Assembly (NCBI RefSeq): GCF_006345805.1 | Contig: NW_021833910.1 | Span: 1-52,851 of the forward strand | DNA: 52,851 nucleotides | Direction: 5' to 3' | From: Octopus sinensis | Taxonomy: Eukaryota | Shown: positions 50,733 through 52,851 of the stretch, piece after piece | How positions within the stretch are numbered: position 1 is the stretch's first letter | How the letters are laid out: the number at the start of each line of letters is the position of its first letter | Notes under the pieces: generated by a model | What the model was told of the DNA's origin: nothing | Seen by the model: only the letters and a program-made list of their open reading frames with translations | Databases searched by the model: none | Position numbers and translations under genes: made by a program

Positions 50733-50745
50733 ATAGATAGGTAGG

Positions 50746-50784
<39 letters not shown>

Positions 50785-50797
50785 CTAGCTAGCTAGC

Positions 50798-50840
<43 letters not shown>

Positions 50841-50845
50841 GTAGG

Positions 50846-50889
<44 letters not shown>

Positions 50890-50926
50890 CAGACAGATTG
50901 ACAGATAAAGAGAAAGACAAACAGGC

Positions 50927-50972
<46 letters not shown>

Positions 50973-51128
50973 GTAGATAGATAGAAATATAGATAGATAG
51001 ATAGAGGAATAGATAAATGGGTAAAAAAGATATAGATATATGTATATATATGTGCATACATGTAAAAATGTGTAAACATATATCTGTATATGTATACACG
51101 CAGGCAGGCAGGTAGGTAGGAAGGTAGG

Positions 51129-51160
<32 letters not shown>

Positions 51161-51165
51161 CATTT
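50585..51165. repeat. (GGAT)n/(GACA)n/(GATA)n microsatellite
   Basis: Direct inspection. Confidence 0.95.
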
Positions 51166-52139
51166 ATATTTATAGTCTATCTAAACATACATATGTCACA
51201 CATACACACACACATATATATATATACAGTGTTCAAGAAATTTACTTTGAGGAGATTAAATATATAGACCAATAGATAGATATACACCTATATACATACA
51301 CACACATACATACATATATATTTATACGCACACACACACACGTACACATACATATATATATACATTACTTAGGTATGTATGTATGCATGCATCTATGTAT
51401 CTAGCTATCTACATATATATACATACACATACACTCAGACATACACACATGTACGCATGCACATACACAAAGATAGATATACATCTATGTACAAGTACGC
51501 ACCCACACACACACATGCACACATACACGCACACACACATATATTTATATATACATTGAAATGTATATATCTAACACGTTTCATAGAAAACCACAACAAT
51601 GCAAGTTGCAAATAAAGGAATTAGAACTAAAAAGAAAAAATATATATATATATATATATAATCAAAAACATTTCACACTTTTACCTCACATTTAGATATT
51701 TCAGCCATATAAATCTCTCCCTACCACCTACCATCACCATCCGTCCCCCACATATCTGTGACAATCACAGCTATGATCATTCTCACATTATATACTTTTT
51801 GCTCTTGATAAAGACCTTTTACAACCGAAATATCGAATTATAAGGCAGAAGTGTAAACCGTTGCTTTTGTCCTGCCTTTATTGTCACTCCTTTACTTACA
51901 GATTACATTGTGTGCGGGCTTTCTAAAACACTTTTAAATCTGTTTTACTGGTGCTTTGAAAGAACTGAACTACTTTTATGAATGTCGGTATATACGTATG
52001 TATGTGAGTATAAATGTATGTATGTTTGTATGTGTGAATGTGTGTATCTATCAATCTATCTATCTAACTATCTATTTATCTATCTATCAATCTATATATT
52101 ATATATATTATATATATTTATTTCTCTCCTCTCTCTCTC

Positions 52140-52179
<40 letters not shown>

Positions 52180-52615
52180 CACATATACGCAGCGCTAAGC
52201 GTGTGCAAGCTTTCTATGGCTGGATGCCCTTCCTGACGCCAACCCCCACCTGTTACCAAGCGAGGTAGTTTTTATTATATATATATATATATGTGTGTAT
52301 ATATATATGTGTGTGTGTGTGATATATACGTGTATATATATATGTGTGGGTGTGTGTGTGTGTATATACGTGTATATATATATGTGTGTGTGTGTGTGTG
52401 TTTATATATACATGTATATATATATATATAATTAATAAATCTTAGGGTAGCACAAAAAATTTATAGAAAAATCTATGCTACTAGTTTTTATTTTTCATTC
52501 CCTTTCAGAATTGCAACTATTAGTGGCTTGGAGTTTTAACTGCTCTTTCTAGTGAGTCAGATGTCCTATTATGGTCATCTCTTATGTGTTTAAATGTACA
52601 CTGTATTTTTCTATG

Positions 52616-52649
<34 letters not shown>

Positions 52650-52851
52650 TACACATATATATACATACATACATACATACATACAAAAATATATACATAT
52701 AAATATACACACATGAGCAGAAATATAATATATGTATACTGTGCGTATAGAAATCTATTTATGTATTTATTTATCAATCTATATCTCTGTATCTTTATGT
52801 GTGTATATATAAATATATACAGATAGCTAGAGAGATAGATACGAGAGTAGA

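Noticed and set aside
51870-51990. Strong-looking splice acceptor (…cctttacttacag|att); a similar one lies near 2397
   Set aside because: No convincing donor or coding signal downstream, and such motifs are frequent by chance in AT-rich DNA.

Overview
A 52.9-kb AT-rich, repeat-saturated animal intergenic or intronic window. The SINE families, microsatellite load and (TAA)n-tailed repeats strongly resemble an Octopus (cephalopod) genome; this is recognition, not a database match. No intact host protein-coding gene is recognisable. All large ORFs come from microsatellites or from an 11.7-kb satellite of about 175 x 67 bp that expanded inside a retroposon. Recognisable content: many copies of several tRNA-derived SINEs; remnants of an R4/Dong-type RLE retrotransposon, an RTE/L2-type LINE end, Helitrons (including a PIF1 helicase fragment), a mariner transposase and several MITEs; two U6 snRNA pseudogenes; and a 3.6-kb Thr-codon-rich repeat. 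The most interesting signal is a set of eight type I hammerhead-ribozyme-like motifs in three unrelated (TA)n-embedded repeat families, probably Penelope-like LTRs or retrozymes. Two families have non-canonical cores (CUGUNGA, CCGAUGA). One forms a perfect 93-bp inverted repeat, and one forms a ~550-bp tandem array that flips orientation mid-array. A second theme is repeated tandem amplification of sub-segments of different retroposons (units of 26, 67, 107, 160, 184 and ~595 bp). Family names A-E are my own labels; orientation of families C and D is assigned from their microsatellite tails.
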